Origin: an uncultured Actinomycetes bacterium
Lineage (GTDB): Bacteria > Actinomycetota > UBA4738 > HRBIN12
Reading direction: 5' to 3'
Length of the DNA stretch: 64,000 nucleotides
Assembly (NCBI GenBank): GCA_963713185.1
Contig: CAVQKV010000004.1
Coordinates: 248,416-312,415, forward strand
The notes beneath the pieces were generated by a model, which was not told the origin of the DNA, ran no database searches, and worked only from the letters and a program-made list of their open reading frames with translations. Position numbers and translations under genes: made by a program. This document shows positions 33,877 to 45,469 of this stretch, piece after piece. The stretch's first letter is position 1; every line of letters begins with the position of its first letter.

Positions 33877-35440
33877 ATGGGAGACGCGGGAGGCGGGGTC
33901 CGGCTGGCTGAGCTGGTGGCGGCGCTGTCGCTCGCGACGGATCTTGGGCTAGGTCAACCCCAGGAACACATCATCCGCCAGACGCTCATCGCGATGCGGA
34001 TGGCGGAGCTCGAAGGCTTGTCCGATGACGAGCGGGCCGCGATCTTCTACGTGTCGTTGCTCGCATGGGTCGGTTGCGTCGCCGACGCGCACGAGATGGG
34101 CAAGTGGTTCGGCGACGATAGGACCGTGCGGGCCGACAGCTATCTGGTCGACATGACCGGTCTGCCGATGATGCGCTTCATGATCGGCCACGTCGCCAGC
34201 GGGAGTCCCCCGATCCAGCGGCTCACGATGATCGGTCGGTTCCTCGCAGGTGGGTCGAGGGAGGTCAAGCGGTCCATGGCCGCCCACTGTGAGGCGTCGG
34301 GCGACCTGTCGATGCGGCTCGGATTGGGTCCCGAGGTGCGCGACCCGCTGCAGCAGGCGTTCGAGCGGTGGGACGGGAAGGGCTCCCCCGCCAAGCTGTC
34401 AGGTCCGCAGATCGCTCGGATCATGCGGATCGTCCACGTGGCCAACGACGTGGAGATGCTGCATCGGATCGGCGGGGTGGACGCCGCGGTCGAGATGCTT
34501 CGCTCCCGACGGGGCACGGAGTTCGATCCCGATCTCGTGGACCACTTCTGCGCCCGCGCCGCGGAACTGCTCGCCTCGCTCAACGAGGTCGACGGCTGGG
34601 ACGCGCTCATCGGCGGTCACGGAGAGTTGGGACGTGAGCTCACTGGGGAGGACCTCGATCAGGCGCTGGAGGCCTTCGCCGACTACGCGGATGTCAAGTC
34701 GCCGTACAAGCTCGGACATTCGCGAGCGGTCGCGCAACTCGCTGCGACAGCCGCCGCCACGGTCGGCCTGCCAGCGACGATGTCGCGCTCGTTCGTCGAG
34801 CCGCGCTCGTGAGCGACGTCGGCGCGATCGGGGTGTCTGCCGGGATCTTGGACAAGGCCGGGCCGCTGACCGAGGCCGAACGAGAGCGGGTCCGCACCCA
34901 CCCCTACCTCACGGCGCGAACGTTCTCGAAGCCGCCCGCGCTGGCCGCGATCGGCCAGCTGGCGGCCAAGCACCACGAGCGGCTCGACGGATCCGGCTAC
35001 CCGTCGGGCCTCACAGCCGACACCATCCCGATGACCGCCCGTCTGATCGCGGCCGCCGACGTGTACCAGGCGCTGCTCGAACCGCGCCCCCACCGCGACG
35101 CGCGTGCGCGGGACGCGGCCCAGGAGGTCGCGGCGGCGGAGGTCACCACGGTCGGCTGGACGGCGAAGCGGTTCGAGCCGTGCTGGATGCAGCAGGACAT
35201 CGAGTGCGCCGTCAGGCGAGCCACCCGGGAGGGCTCACGGCTCGCGAGGTCGAGGTGCTGGTACTGCTCTCCCGGGGGATGACCAGGAAACAGATCGCGC
35301 AGGAACTGACCATCTCGGCCAAGACGGTCAGTAACCACGAGGAACACATCTACGCCAAGCTCGGCGTGAGCACGCGCGGCGCGGCCGCGATGTACGCGAT
35401 GCGACATGGGCTCGTCGACCTGAGCGGAGTCGCCGACTGA
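33877..35440 (+). CDS. HD-GYP-like domain plus LuxR HTH regulator (frameshifts near 34780 and 35148)
   Basis: RLAELVAALSLATDLGLGQP, ERWDGKG, HHERLDGSGYP, LTAREVEVL...KTV.NH..HIYAKLG. Confidence 0.85.
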
Positions 35441-35536
35441 GCTCTGCGGGATAGGGGCGAAGACACAAGGGGGCAAGAGACGAGCTTCGAGCCCTCTCCG
35501 CGATCCGTCGGCGCACTCGAAGAGCTCTCCCGGGAA

Positions 35537-35554
35537 ATGGGGCAGATGCCTCAT
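35537..35554. promoter_or_regulatory. Palindromic candidate operator
   Basis: ATGGGGCA-GA-TGCCTCAT (one mismatch), 34 nt upstream of the TusA-like ATG and just after the LuxR regulator. Confidence 0.5.
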
Positions 35555-35588
35555 GACCCGTGGACGTGGGCTGCCTACCGTTCGAACC

Positions 35589-35854
35589 ATGACCGGCGCA
35601 GCGGAGAACGCGGAGCCGAACGGGAGCCACCGGTTCGACGCGGGCACGCTGAGCTGCGCCGACGGCCTGGCCGGGGAGTTCCGCCGGCGGATCGAAGCGA
35701 TCTCGGTCGGCGACGTCCTCGTGGTCGAGTACGCGCGACCCCGCGGCGAAGGAAGACCTGCCGCTCGCTGGCCCGGATGATGGGCCACGCGGTTCGTTCG
35801 ATCGAGACGCCTGGTGACGGGCGTCTCCTGATCACGGTGGAAAGGAGGCGATGA
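35589..35854 (+). CDS. TusA/SirA-like sulfurtransferase (frameshifted)
   Basis: FDAGTLSC...GDVLVV..DPAAKEDL...ARMMGH pattern; lacks canonical CPxP. Confidence 0.65.
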
Positions 35855-35856
35855 GG

Positions 35857-36222
35857 ATGAGCGAGAAGCTGATCTTCAACTGCACGCACGGTAAGGAGGA
35901 CCCCGAGCGGGCCACGCTCCCGTTCGTGGCGGCCAACATCGCGGCCACGGCCGGTCAAGACGCGGTGGTGCTGTGCACGATCGAGGCGGTCTGGCTCGGC
36001 ACGGCCGGCGGCACCGACGGCATCGCCTAGAGGGCTGCCGGTGCTTAACGAGCTCTACGGGGAGTTCGTGGACAACGGCGGGCAGGTCTGGCTGTGCGGG
36101 GCGTGCACGAAACCCCGGGGCATCGGCGAGGACCAGGTGAGCAGAAGGGCGCGACGATCGTCGGGGCGGCGAAGGTCGTCGAGGAGGTCGTGGCCGGCGC
36201 GAGGACCGTGGCGTTCGCGTGA
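35857..36222 (+). CDS. DsrE family protein (frameshifted)
   Basis: THGKEDPERATLPFVAAN, GGQVWLCGAC...RG, GATIVGAA. Confidence 0.8.
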
Positions 36223-36447
36223 ATGGAAGTTGCGATGAGTGACATGCGCTGGGACGGAGGAGCTACGTACGAGGTGACCTTCGGGGGACGCTCCCGGTGT
36301 TCTGGAAGCGCGGGTTCGCGAACCTGCTGCGATCAGGACCTTCATGGGTTGACGAGCAGGGTGGCGCAGACGCTCGGCTCAGACCACCCCGAGTAAGCCG
36401 ACGCGACCGCCCGCCATCCGATCACCGTCGGTCTCGTTCGGCGCCTG

Positions 36448-37092
36448 TCAGGCGGCGTCGGCCGGACGGGAGAGCGCGTCGCTCACGCGACGGAAGACCG
36501 CGTACGTGAACGATTGACTGACACCGGCTGGTGTCGTGTGGATGTACCGCTCTGACGCGGTCAACCTGAACCTGGATCCGCAGCGCACGGCGAGAGCCTC
36601 CGCGTCGTAGCGAGCAACGGGGAGGCCGCTGCACATCGCCGGACCATCGAGCGCAAACGTCCCCATGACCGCAACGCCGCCCGGAGTCACGGTGCGCTCG
36701 CACAGTGCAACGTAGGCGTCCTGCTCCGGCCGCTTCGTCAAGAAGTGGAAGACCGCACGGTCGTGCCACACGTCGAAGGTCCCGAGATCGTGCATCTCGG
36801 CCACGTCCCCGACGATCCACTCGACGCCTTCGGCCGCGTCGCCGAGACGGGCCTTCGTGATCTCGATAGCGCTGCTCGACACGTCGAGTACGGCGAGGCG
36901 CGACAAGCGCAGATCGACGAGATGATCGACGAGGCGAGAGGCGCCGCCGCCGATGTCGATGACACTCCGCGCTCCAGCGTCAATGGCTCGACGCACGAGC
37001 CGAAGCGACAACGCAGGGGTCGCCTCGTACCAACTGACCTCGTCGGGAGAACGAGTCCGATGGATGGACTCCCAATGGGTCTTCCTGTCCAC
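36448..37092 (-). CDS. Class I SAM-dependent methyltransferase
   Basis: HWE...EVSWY, VIDIGGGAS, VWHDRAVFHFL, CSGLP. Confidence 0.88.
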   Translation of the reverse strand: MDRKTHWESIHRTRSPDEVSWYEATPALSLRLVRRAIDAGARSVIDIGGGASRLVDHLVDLRLSRLAVLDVSSSAIEITKARLGDAAEGVEWIVGDVAEMHDLGTFDVWHDRAVFHFLTKRPEQDAYVALCERTVTPGGVAVMGTFALDGPAMCSGLPVARYDAEALAVRCGSRFRLTASERYIHTTPAGVSQSFTYAVFRRVSDALSRPADAA

Positions 37093-37182
37093 TGCCGAGG
37101 TGTACGGCCGACTCGTTGTCCATCCTAGGAGGGGCGGTCAGCGTGACCCGGTGCGCTCCTCTCTCCGCCCCAGGCGGGACCA

Positions 37183-38321
37183 CTACAGCTGCCGCAGGGC
37201 CTCCACGACCCGATCGACATCCGCTTCGTCGTTGTAGGCGTGCAGCGAGATCCTGAGCCCGCCGGCTCGTCCGCCGCAGATGATCCGGTGCTCGGACGCG
37301 AGGCGGGCCGCGGTCATCCTTGGCTCATGCTCGCGATGCCGCAACGAGACGATGTGGGAGGCGGCTGCGGGGTCGCTGAGCGGCCGGAACGGCCGCCACC
37401 CGAGCTCGGCGACCTGATCGAGGAGCCTCGCTGCCAAGCTTCGCGCATGCTGGTCGATCCTGCTGAACCCTGCGGACGACAGCATCCGCATCGACGACTC
37501 CAGTCCGATCGCCGAGACGTACGACATCGTCGAGAGCTCGAAGCGGCGTGCGTCGTCGGCGAGACGGAGCGTCCCCGGGTCGAAGGCGAACGGGTCTCGG
37601 GCCCCCTTCCAGCCGACGAGGCAGGGGAGACCACCGACCAGTCCCGAAGCGAGAGCGAGCAGGGCCACGCCACCGTGTGCGCACAACCACTTGTAGCCGC
37701 TCGTGACCACGGCGTCGGCACCCCATCCGGTCATATCGACGGGCCCCGCGCCAGCCAGCTGCGTCGCGTCGACGACCACGCGAGCACCGACCTCCCCGGC
37801 CCGCTCGACCACGCGTCCGACGTCGATCCGCGTGCCGGTGGCGTACTGGACGACGCTGAACGCCACGACCACCGTGGTGGGATCGATCGCGTCGACGAGA
37901 TCGCTGACCGAGATCCCGATCGGGGCGGTCCTCGACGGATCGCAGCGTGATCTCGCGACGCTCGGCGGCAGCGAGCCACGGGTAGGTCACGCTCGGGAAG
38001 TCCGATGCCACGAGGAGGACCGTCCCGCGCTCGGGTCTAAGCAGCGAGGTCACCTGGCCCAGACCCTCGCTCGCGCCCCCGACCACGGCGACCGCGTCGG
38101 ACGTGGTTCCGAGCACCTCCGCGCCGACCGCTCGGACCCCGTCGAGGATCGTTGCCTCCTGATCGTCCGCTGAGGTACAGGTTCCCGAACTGCGCCGTCT
38201 CGTTCACGAATGCGTGCATCGACTCGACCGCGGCGGCGGGTATCAACCCCAGCGAGGCTTGGTTGAGGTACGTGCATCGATCGAGTGCGACGAACCAGTC
38301 ACGAGGAACGAGTGAGGGCAT
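37183..38321 (-). CDS. Aminotransferase class V (cysteine desulfurase/selenocysteine lyase-like), frameshifted
   Basis: YLNQASLG, DFPSV, VDATQLAG, SGYKWL, LRISLHAYND. Confidence 0.8.
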
Positions 38322-38444
38322 CGGGTGACCTCCGGTCGGTGACGATGGCCGCGAGACCGTTCGTGTAGATACTGAGAGCTCTCTTTCGAGCTGCTCCATT
38401 CGGCTCAGGGTAGCCGTCGGACCAGCCGGAGGCCCAGCGTGCAA

Positions 38445-38545
38445 GGGCACCGATCCTAAGGTTGCTGCGGAGGCACAGACCCTAACCGTTGGTGTCATCC
38501 TGTGTCATCTGGTGTCGGCCCTTGTCGTCCGGTGTCGTTCCGTCG
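38445..38545 (-). repeat. att-like repeat copy A: truncated tRNA-Leu fragment plus 10-bp phased repeats
   Basis: gggcaccg-atcctaag gttgctgcgg..aggcac, then tgtcatcctg/tgtcatctgg/tgtcggccct/tgtcgtccgg/tgtcgttccg; homologous to the 58 kb and 62 kb copies. Confidence 0.8.
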
Positions 38546-38569
38546 GAAGTCATGTGAAGCCGGCGCCGC

Positions 38570-41360
38570 TCAACGGGCGGTCTCGGCGAGGGCACGTGCC
38601 GGGGCAACGGCCTGTTGCGCATCGATCACGGTCAACTTCGGTGCGCGTCGCCGGCGGATCCACTTGCTGCCCTCGATGACCAGGGGGAGGACCAGGGCGA
38701 GACCGATGGAGGCGAGCCACTGCGGACCGGTGAGGGACGTGGTCAGCAGGCCGCTCTGGAGATGGGGCAGCTCCGTCGCGAGGAAGAGCAGTGTGACGGG
38801 GACCAGCGAGATCATCACGGCCTTGAGGATCGGGGAGGTGAGCCCGCTGGCCGGGATCACGGCGGTTGGTCAGCGCGTTGAGGACCGTTCCCAGGCCCAT
38901 CACGACGAACGTCATCGTCATGGATGCGCTCGCGTGTTCGGTGCTCGGCTGGTCCGGACCCGCCACGAGGGGGGTCAGGGCGGCCAGGAAGAGGACCGTG
39001 GCATAGAGGACCCAGAAGGCGATCGCCGTCCGGTTGGTGATGGGGACTTTCGGATCCCTCGGGGGTCGGTGCATGACGTCCGGGTCCCCGGGGTCCACGG
39101 CGATGATCACGACGCCGGCCGAGGTCGCGAAGAAGAGCAGGAAGAGCACCATCGAGGGTGTCAGCGCAACCCCTTCGTTGATGTCGAACGTCGTAGCGGC
39201 GAGGAAGAGCATCACGAGCGACAGCAGCTGCGTCATCTGGTACCGGACGTACGAGACGACCTTGTCGTACACGCTTCGGCCGATCTCGACGGCGTGCACG
39301 AGCGTGCCGAAGTTGTCGTCGGTGAGGATCATCCGCGCGGCCTGCTTGGTGACCTCGCTCCCGCTGCCCATCGCCACGCCGATGTCAGCCTGCTTCAGCG
39401 CGGCCGCGTCGTTCACTGCATCGCCGGTCATCGCGACGATCAGGCCCTGCTCCTGCATGGACCGGGCCAGGCGGAGCTTGTCCTCCGGCGAGACCCGGCC
39501 GAAGACGTGGAGCTCGGGAAGCCGGCGGGCGAGCTCGTCATCCGAGAGCGCCTGCAACTCGCTGCCGCTGATCGCGCCCGGTCCCAGCCCGAGCGTCTCG
39601 CCGATCGCCTGGGCGGTCACGGCGTGGTCGCCGGTGATCATCCGGACGTCGATGCCGGCCCCGAGCGCCGTCCGGACCGCGCCCTTCGCCTCGGCGCGGA
39701 GCGGATCGATGATCCCCACCATCCCGACGAAGCCAAGGTCGGTCGTCAGCGACATCGGATCAGCGGCCATCGCCTGCGTCTCGTCCTCCTCGATCAGCCG
39801 GGCCGCGAAGGCGAGCACCCGCAGCCCCTTCTCGCCCATGCGTTCGTTGGCGGCGTCGATGCCGGGACGCGCCTCGTCGATCGGTACCTGTGAGCCGCTG
39901 AGCGGCCCCCCCGACTCGGTGCACCTCGCCAGCACGACGTCGGGGCCCCCCTTGACCAGCTGGATGACGTGCTCCACCCCGTCGACCGGCACCCGGTGGA
40001 AGGTGGCCATGAACTTGTAGTCGGAGTCGAACGGCACCTCGGCGATGCGCGGGTACGCCCGCCGCGTCTCCTCGGCGTCGACGCCGAGCTTGGCCGCCAG
40101 CACCACCAGCGCCGCCTCGGTCGGGTCGCCGACCACCGACCCGTCATCGGCCACGGTGGCGTCGCTGTCCAGGGCGACGCCGAGCGCCAGCCGCGTGAAG
40201 TCGGGCACCGGGAGGCCGGCGACGGACATGATCGCACCGGTCTTGCCGTATCCCTCGCCCTCGACCGTGAACCAGGAGCCGTTCGCATAGATCGTCGAGA
40301 CCATCATCTGGTTCATCGTGAGCGTGCCGGTCTTGTCGGTGTTGATGGCGCTGGTGGCGCCGAGGGTCTCCACGTCGGTGAGGTTCTTGACGACGGCCTT
40401 GGACTCGGCGAGCTGCTTCGCGCCCAGGGAGAGCAGTCCCGCGACGAAGGCCGGGAGGCCCGTCGGGATCGCCGAGATGGCCATCGCCGTGCCGAGCAGC
40501 AGGAGCTCGCTGCCCTGCATGCCGCGTGCCAGCCCGACCACCACGATGTACGCGACCGCGCCCCACGCGATGATGCCGAGGACCTTCGTCAGGGAGTCGA
40601 GCTCCCTCTGCAGCGGCGAGCGGGTCCGCGTGACCGAGGTCAGCATCGTGGCGATCTGACCCATCTGGGTCTGCATCCCGGTGGCGGTCACGACGATCGA
40701 CCCGGTGCCTCTGGTCACCGAGGTGTTCTGGAAGAGCATGTTCGACCGGTCGCCGAGCGCCACGTCCTCGTTCGGCAGGACGCCCGCGTCCTTCGCGACC
40801 GGAGCGCTCTCCCCGGTCAGGGCGGCCTCCTGCGCCTCCAGCGTCGCCGAGTGCGTGATCCGCCCGTCCGCGGGGACGATGTCGCCGGCTTCCAGCTGGA
40901 CGATGTCGCCGGGGACCGCCTCGACGGCCGGGACGAGGGCGACCTCGCCGCCACGCAGCACCCTGGACTGCGGCACCTGCATCTTCGACAGCGCGTCGAC
41001 GCTGGCCCTGGCCTTCAGCTCCTGCCGGGTGCCGAGCACGACGTTGAGGAGGATGAGCAGACCGACGATGACGCCCGTGGGGACCTCGCCGATCGCGAGG
41101 CTCACCACGGTGACCGCCACGAGCATGAGGTTCATCGGGTCGCGCAACTGCTGCAGCGCGATCGCCCACATCGACGGCGGCTTCTCGCCGGTGATCTGGT
41201 TCGGGCCGTGCGCGGAGAGCCGCTTCGCCGCCTCGGCGGCGGTCAGCCCCGTGCTCGCGTCGGACCCCATCGCCGTCACCACATCCGACGCCTCACGGGC
41301 GTAGGGGGGAACCTCCGCCGGATCGGCCGCGCTCACCGCCACCTCGTGCTCGGCGTCCAT
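38570..41360 (-). CDS. Cation-transporting P-type ATPase (P2 type), frameshift near 38860
   Basis: LTGES, DKTGTLT, GDPTE, MITGD, TGDAVNDAAALK, DDNF. Confidence 0.92.
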
Positions 41361-41475
41361 CGCTCCACACCTCCTCACGGATGCGACCCGTGGGGCCTTC
41401 GATATCGGTCCGTCCCCGGGGTGGTCGAGAGGATATCCGCGCCGGCGCCTCACCGGGTCGGCACCGAGCCTCCGC

Positions 41476-41727
41476 TCAGTCCGTGGTTCGATCGCCTGCG
41501 TCTGCCACGGCGGAGATCAACCACTGCACCGCGCCGAAGATGGTTGGATGGATCCTCTCGTCGCCGATCCGATCCAGGACACCGTTCTTGGGAACGATGA
41601 GCGCGACGGCGAGTCCCGCGATGAGATCGCTCTTGAGCCAGCGACGGTCGTAGGAGCGGATCCAGGCGGCCATCGGTACGAGCGGCCATCGGTCCCGCAC
41701 CGGCGCCCCGTGGGCGCTTCGAGTCAT
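41476..41727 (-). pseudogene. SulP anion transporter remnant (N-terminus fused to STAS tail)
   Basis: WIRSYDRRWLKSDLIAGLAVALIVPKN joined directly to GVLDRIGDERIHPTI. Confidence 0.72.
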
Positions 41728-41862
41728 GGGCCGGACGATACCGGACCTGGATGATCGAACCGCCCACGGCACGAGCCACCTCGACGGACGTTCGACCTTT
41801 CGTCGCGCTAGCATCGCTCGACCGACACCGTTTCGGTGTCGACCAGCAGAGGAGCCCGGAGG

Positions 41863-43353
41863 ATGGGCACCATCGTTCCCCGTTGGGAGTGGCGAACCTT
41901 CGGCAGGCACCTTTCCAAGGCACGGGCCGGCTTCGATCGGCTCCAACCGGACCGGGTCGACGAGAGCGACGAGCTGTACCTCCTGCCGGCTTCCGGCGGC
42001 AGCGTCAAGATCCGGAGCGACCTCGTCGACATCAAGGTCCTGCAAGACGTGGATGGAGACGGTCTGGAGCTGTGGAAGCCGGTCATGAAGCAGGGGTTCC
42101 CCCTGTCCGCGGCCGACGTGACCAAGGTGTTCGAAGCGCTCCGGCTCCCCGCCGAACCGGCCCTGCCTGCCGAGTCCCTCGAGGCGCTCCTGGCTGCGCT
42201 TCGCGAGCGACGGGCAGAGATGAGAGCGGTGGAAGTGCACAAGCGTCGTGCGCACTACACCTTCGAGGGCTGCCTGGCCGAAGTCAGCGACGTGGAGGTG
42301 CCCGAGCGCCGAACCTGCTCGATCGCGATCGAGTCGGAAGACCCCGCGGCGGTCCTCGGCGCGATCGCCGCCGCCGGGCTGGTCGGCTACATCAACACCA
42401 GCTATCCGATCGGTCTCGCGGCCCTCATCGACGACGCACCAGAGCGATACGCCGTCATCGACGTGGGGACGAACTCGATCAAGTTCCACGTGGGCGAGCC
42501 GAGCCGTGATGGCTCGTGGCGCACCGTCGTCGATCGCGCCGAGATCACGCTTCTCGGCGAGGGGCTCGCCGAGCGTGGCGCGATCGACGCCGAGGGACTG
42601 GAGCGAACGGCGGCGGCGATCTCTGGGATGGCGGACGAGGCCAGGGCAGAAGGCGCGCATGCCATCGTCGCGGTGGGCACGGCCGGGCTCAGGATGGCGA
42701 GGAACAGCGAGGCCGTGATCGCCGCGATCCACCATCGTGCCGGCGTCACCATCGAGATCATCCCGGGTGGCGAGGAGGCACGGCTCGCCTATCAGGCCGC
42801 GCAGACCTCGCTCGGACGTCCGGCAGGCTCCTCGGTCGTGTTCGACACCGGCGGCGGGAGCACGCAGTTCACGTTCGGCCACGGTTCGGACGTCGATGAG
42901 CGCTTCAGCGTCGACGTGGGCGCCGTGCGCTTGACGGAGCGCTTCGGGCTTGCCGGCGCGGTGACCGAGGACACGCTCCGGGACACGATCGCCGCGATCT
43001 CGACGGACCTCGAAGGGCTCGACGGCCGACCGACCCCCGAGACGATCATCGCGATGGGAGGCGTGGTCACGAACATGACGGCCGTGAAGCACGGGCTGGC
43101 CACGTACGACCCCGACGCCGTGAACGGAGCGGTCCTCGAGGGCTCGGAGATCGACCGGCAGATCGAGCGCTACCGGTCGATGGACGCCGGGGCTCGCCGC
43201 GCCATCGTTGGCCTGCAGCCCAAACGTGCGGAGGTGATCCTGGCCGGCGCGTGCATCGTGCGCATGGTCCTGGAGAAGCTCGGTGGGACCTCGGTCGTGG
43301 TGAGCGATCGCGGCCTTCGCCACGGGGTGCTCGCCGAGCGGTTCGGCAGCTAG
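41863..43353 (+). CDS. Ppx/GppA phosphatase with N-terminal CYTH-like domain
   Basis: IDVGTNS, GTAGLR, EEARL, DTGGGSTQ, GLRHG; extra about 190 aa starting PRWEWRTFG. Confidence 0.82.
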   Translation: MGTIVPRWEWRTFGRHLSKARAGFDRLQPDRVDESDELYLLPASGGSVKIRSDLVDIKVLQDVDGDGLELWKPVMKQGFPLSAADVTKVFEALRLPAEPALPAESLEALLAALRERRAEMRAVEVHKRRAHYTFEGCLAEVSDVEVPERRTCSIAIESEDPAAVLGAIAAAGLVGYINTSYPIGLAALIDDAPERYAVIDVGTNSIKFHVGEPSRDGSWRTVVDRAEITLLGEGLAERGAIDAEGLERTAAAISGMADEARAEGAHAIVAVGTAGLRMARNSEAVIAAIHHRAGVTIEIIPGGEEARLAYQAAQTSLGRPAGSSVVFDTGGGSTQFTFGHGSDVDERFSVDVGAVRLTERFGLAGAVTEDTLRDTIAAISTDLEGLDGRPTPETIIAMGGVVTNMTAVKHGLATYDPDAVNGAVLEGSEIDRQIERYRSMDAGARRAIVGLQPKRAEVILAGACIVRMVLEKLGGTSVVVSDRGLRHGVLAERFGS

Positions 43354-43544
43354 GAGGGCGATCACCATCGACCAGGGAGCCACACCCTGGTTGACTGCTG
43401 ACGAGACGTGGTGACTGGGACGCGTGGCGGGTACCGCGGGGCCTGAACAGGTCGAGGGAGTAAGCGGAGCATGCGATGCCAGAGCGGACGCGGAGTGGCG
43501 TGGGACGCGAGCGGCGCTTGGCACCTCCGGCGCGACGTGGCACG

Positions 43545-44003
43545 ATGTCGCGGGTGACCGGCAGACCCGCCGAGGCGGAGCACCTGCGCGACCTCGCGCG
43601 GCTGCGCCGCGTCCGCGACAGGATCGACCGGGAGTACGCGCAGCCGCTGGACGTCGAGTCGCTCGCGCGCGGCGCGCACATGTCTGCCGGGCACCTCAGC
43701 CGCCAGTTCCGGCTCGCCTTCGACGAGTCGCCGTACAGCTACCTGATGACGCGGCGCATCGAGCGCGCGATGGCGCTGCTGCGTCGTGGCGACCTCAGCG
43801 TCACCGAGGTCTGTTTCGCGGTCGGCTGCTCGTCGCTGGGCACTTTCAGCACTCGCTTCACCGAGCTGGTCGGGATGCCGCCCAGCGACTACCGGCGCCA
43901 CGAGGCGGGCTCGATGGCGGGGATGCCGCCGTGCGTGGCGAAACAGGTGACCAGACCGATCAGGAATCGAGAAGCGCCGCTCCTAGAGCCGCACGTAGCA
44001 TGA
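43545..44003 (+). CDS. AraC family HTH regulator
   Basis: RVRDRIDREYAQPLD, RRIERAMALL, SLGTFSTRF. Confidence 0.9.
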   Translation: MSRVTGRPAEAEHLRDLARLRRVRDRIDREYAQPLDVESLARGAHMSAGHLSRQFRLAFDESPYSYLMTRRIERAMALLRRGDLSVTEVCFAVGCSSLGTFSTRFTELVGMPPSDYRRHEAGSMAGMPPCVAKQVTRPIRNREAPLLEPHVA

Positions 44004-44008
44004 CCGCC

Positions 44009-44419
44009 ATGGACATCACCATCTTCCAGGCCCTCCTCCCGCACGACGACCCCGACGCCTCCCTGGCCTTCTATCGCGATACCCTCGGCTTCGAGGTCCG
44101 CAACGACGTCGAGTACGGCGGGATGCACTGGATCACGGTCGGCCCCGCCGAGCAGCCGGGCACGTCCATCGTCCTGTACCCGCCGGCCGCAGCTCCCGGT
44201 ATCACCGACGACGAGCGTCGCACCATCGCCGAGATGATGGCCAAGGGCACCTACGCCAGCATCAACCTGGCCACCACCGACGTCGACGGCACGTTCGAGC
44301 AGCTGCAGGCCGGCGACGCCGAGGTCGTTCAGGAGCCGACCGACCAACCGTACGGGATCCGCGACTGCGCCTTCCGCGATCCCGCGGGCAACCTGATCCG
44401 CATCCAGGAGCTGCGGTGA
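44009..44419 (+). CDS. VOC/glyoxalase family protein
   Basis: LAFYRDTLGF, QPYGIRDCAFRDPAGN. Confidence 0.9.
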   Translation: MDITIFQALLPHDDPDASLAFYRDTLGFEVRNDVEYGGMHWITVGPAEQPGTSIVLYPPAAAPGITDDERRTIAEMMAKGTYASINLATTDVDGTFEQLQAGDAEVVQEPTDQPYGIRDCAFRDPAGNLIRIQELR

Positions 44420-44485
44420 GCCGTCCGGCGTTCGCACCGGAGGTCAAGCGGCTGGGAACCGTTCGGGGCAAGGAGGTGCTTCGAG

Positions 44486-44956
44486 ATGGCTGAGAGGGAA
44501 GCTGCGAAGAAGAGCACGCAGGGGTCCGCCAAGCGCACCAGTGCGACGAACGAGAAGTTCACGGCCGATGAACGTGCCGCGATGAGGCAGCGTGTCAAAG
44601 AGCTGAAGGCTGTCAAGAACAAGGAGGAATGGGAACGAGAGGTGCTCGCGAAGATCGCCGAGATGCCGGCACGCGATCGCACCTTGGCCGAGCGGTTCCA
44701 CGCCATCGTCAAGGCCAGCGCGCCAGACCTCTCGCCGAAGACCTGGTACGGGATGCCCGCGTACGCCAAGGACGACAAGATCGTCTGCTTCTTCCAAAGC
44801 GCGGCCAAGTTCAACGCGAGGTACGCGAGCTTCGGCTTCAACGACACGGCGAACCTCGACGAGGGCGCCATGTGGCCGACCTCCTTCGCGCTGAAGAAGT
44901 TGACGGCCACCGAGGAGAAGAAGATCGGCGCGCTCGTGAAGAGAGCGGTGCGCTGA
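44486..44956 (+). CDS. DUF1801 (YdhG-like) protein
   Basis: [21 protein letters not shown]; usual AraC-VOC-DUF1801 trio. Confidence 0.85.
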   Translation: MAEREAAKKSTQGSAKRTSATNEKFTADERAAMRQRVKELKAVKNKEEWEREVLAKIAEMPARDRTLAERFHAIVKASAPDLSPKTWYGMPAYAKDDKIVCFFQSAAKFNARYASFGFNDTANLDEGAMWPTSFALKKLTATEEKKIGALVKRAVR

Positions 44957-45149
44957 GGACCGAGCTCGCAGCTGGGCCCCGCCCTAGGCGTGATCGTCGG
45001 TGGGACGGCCTGAGCGGTCCGGCCTGGCTGCCAGTACGACCAGATGGACGTCAAACCCACGACGTTGATGTGTGGGTGGCCAGAGCCAGAGGGCTCGTTC
45101 TCCCTGGCTGGAGAAGGCGGGAAGGACCCGGCCCACGCGAGCTGATGAA

Positions 45150-45437
45150 CCCGGCAAGATGCCCCCCACCGAGGAGGCGCGGAGCCGAGCGATGGATGAC
45201 TGGCAGCTGTGGTTCGAGGACGTCGGACACGCGGTGAAGGGCATGGGCTTTCCCTTCATGGCCATGGCAAGACACGTGTCCAAGCGAGGCGTGACCGAAC
45301 AGCGTGGAGCGACGACCGGCTACCTCATCGTCGAGGCCGACTCGGTCGAGGAAGTCCTCGACCTCGCCAAGGCGTGCCCGGTCCTCGAGGCGGGAACGAG
45401 GATCACGGTCTTCGAGCCCTTCGCGGTCGACCCCTGA
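45150..45437 (+). pseudogene. YciI-like protein, 5'-truncated
   Basis: TGYLIVEADSVEEVLDLAKACP; typical N-terminal strand is missing. Confidence 0.6.
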
Positions 45438-45469
45438 TCGACGAAGGGACGCCTTCGAGCGCCCGGTCG

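Noticed and set aside
36028-36030. TAG recoding in dsrE
   Set aside because: The downstream part is in a different frame, so this is an indel rather than readthrough.
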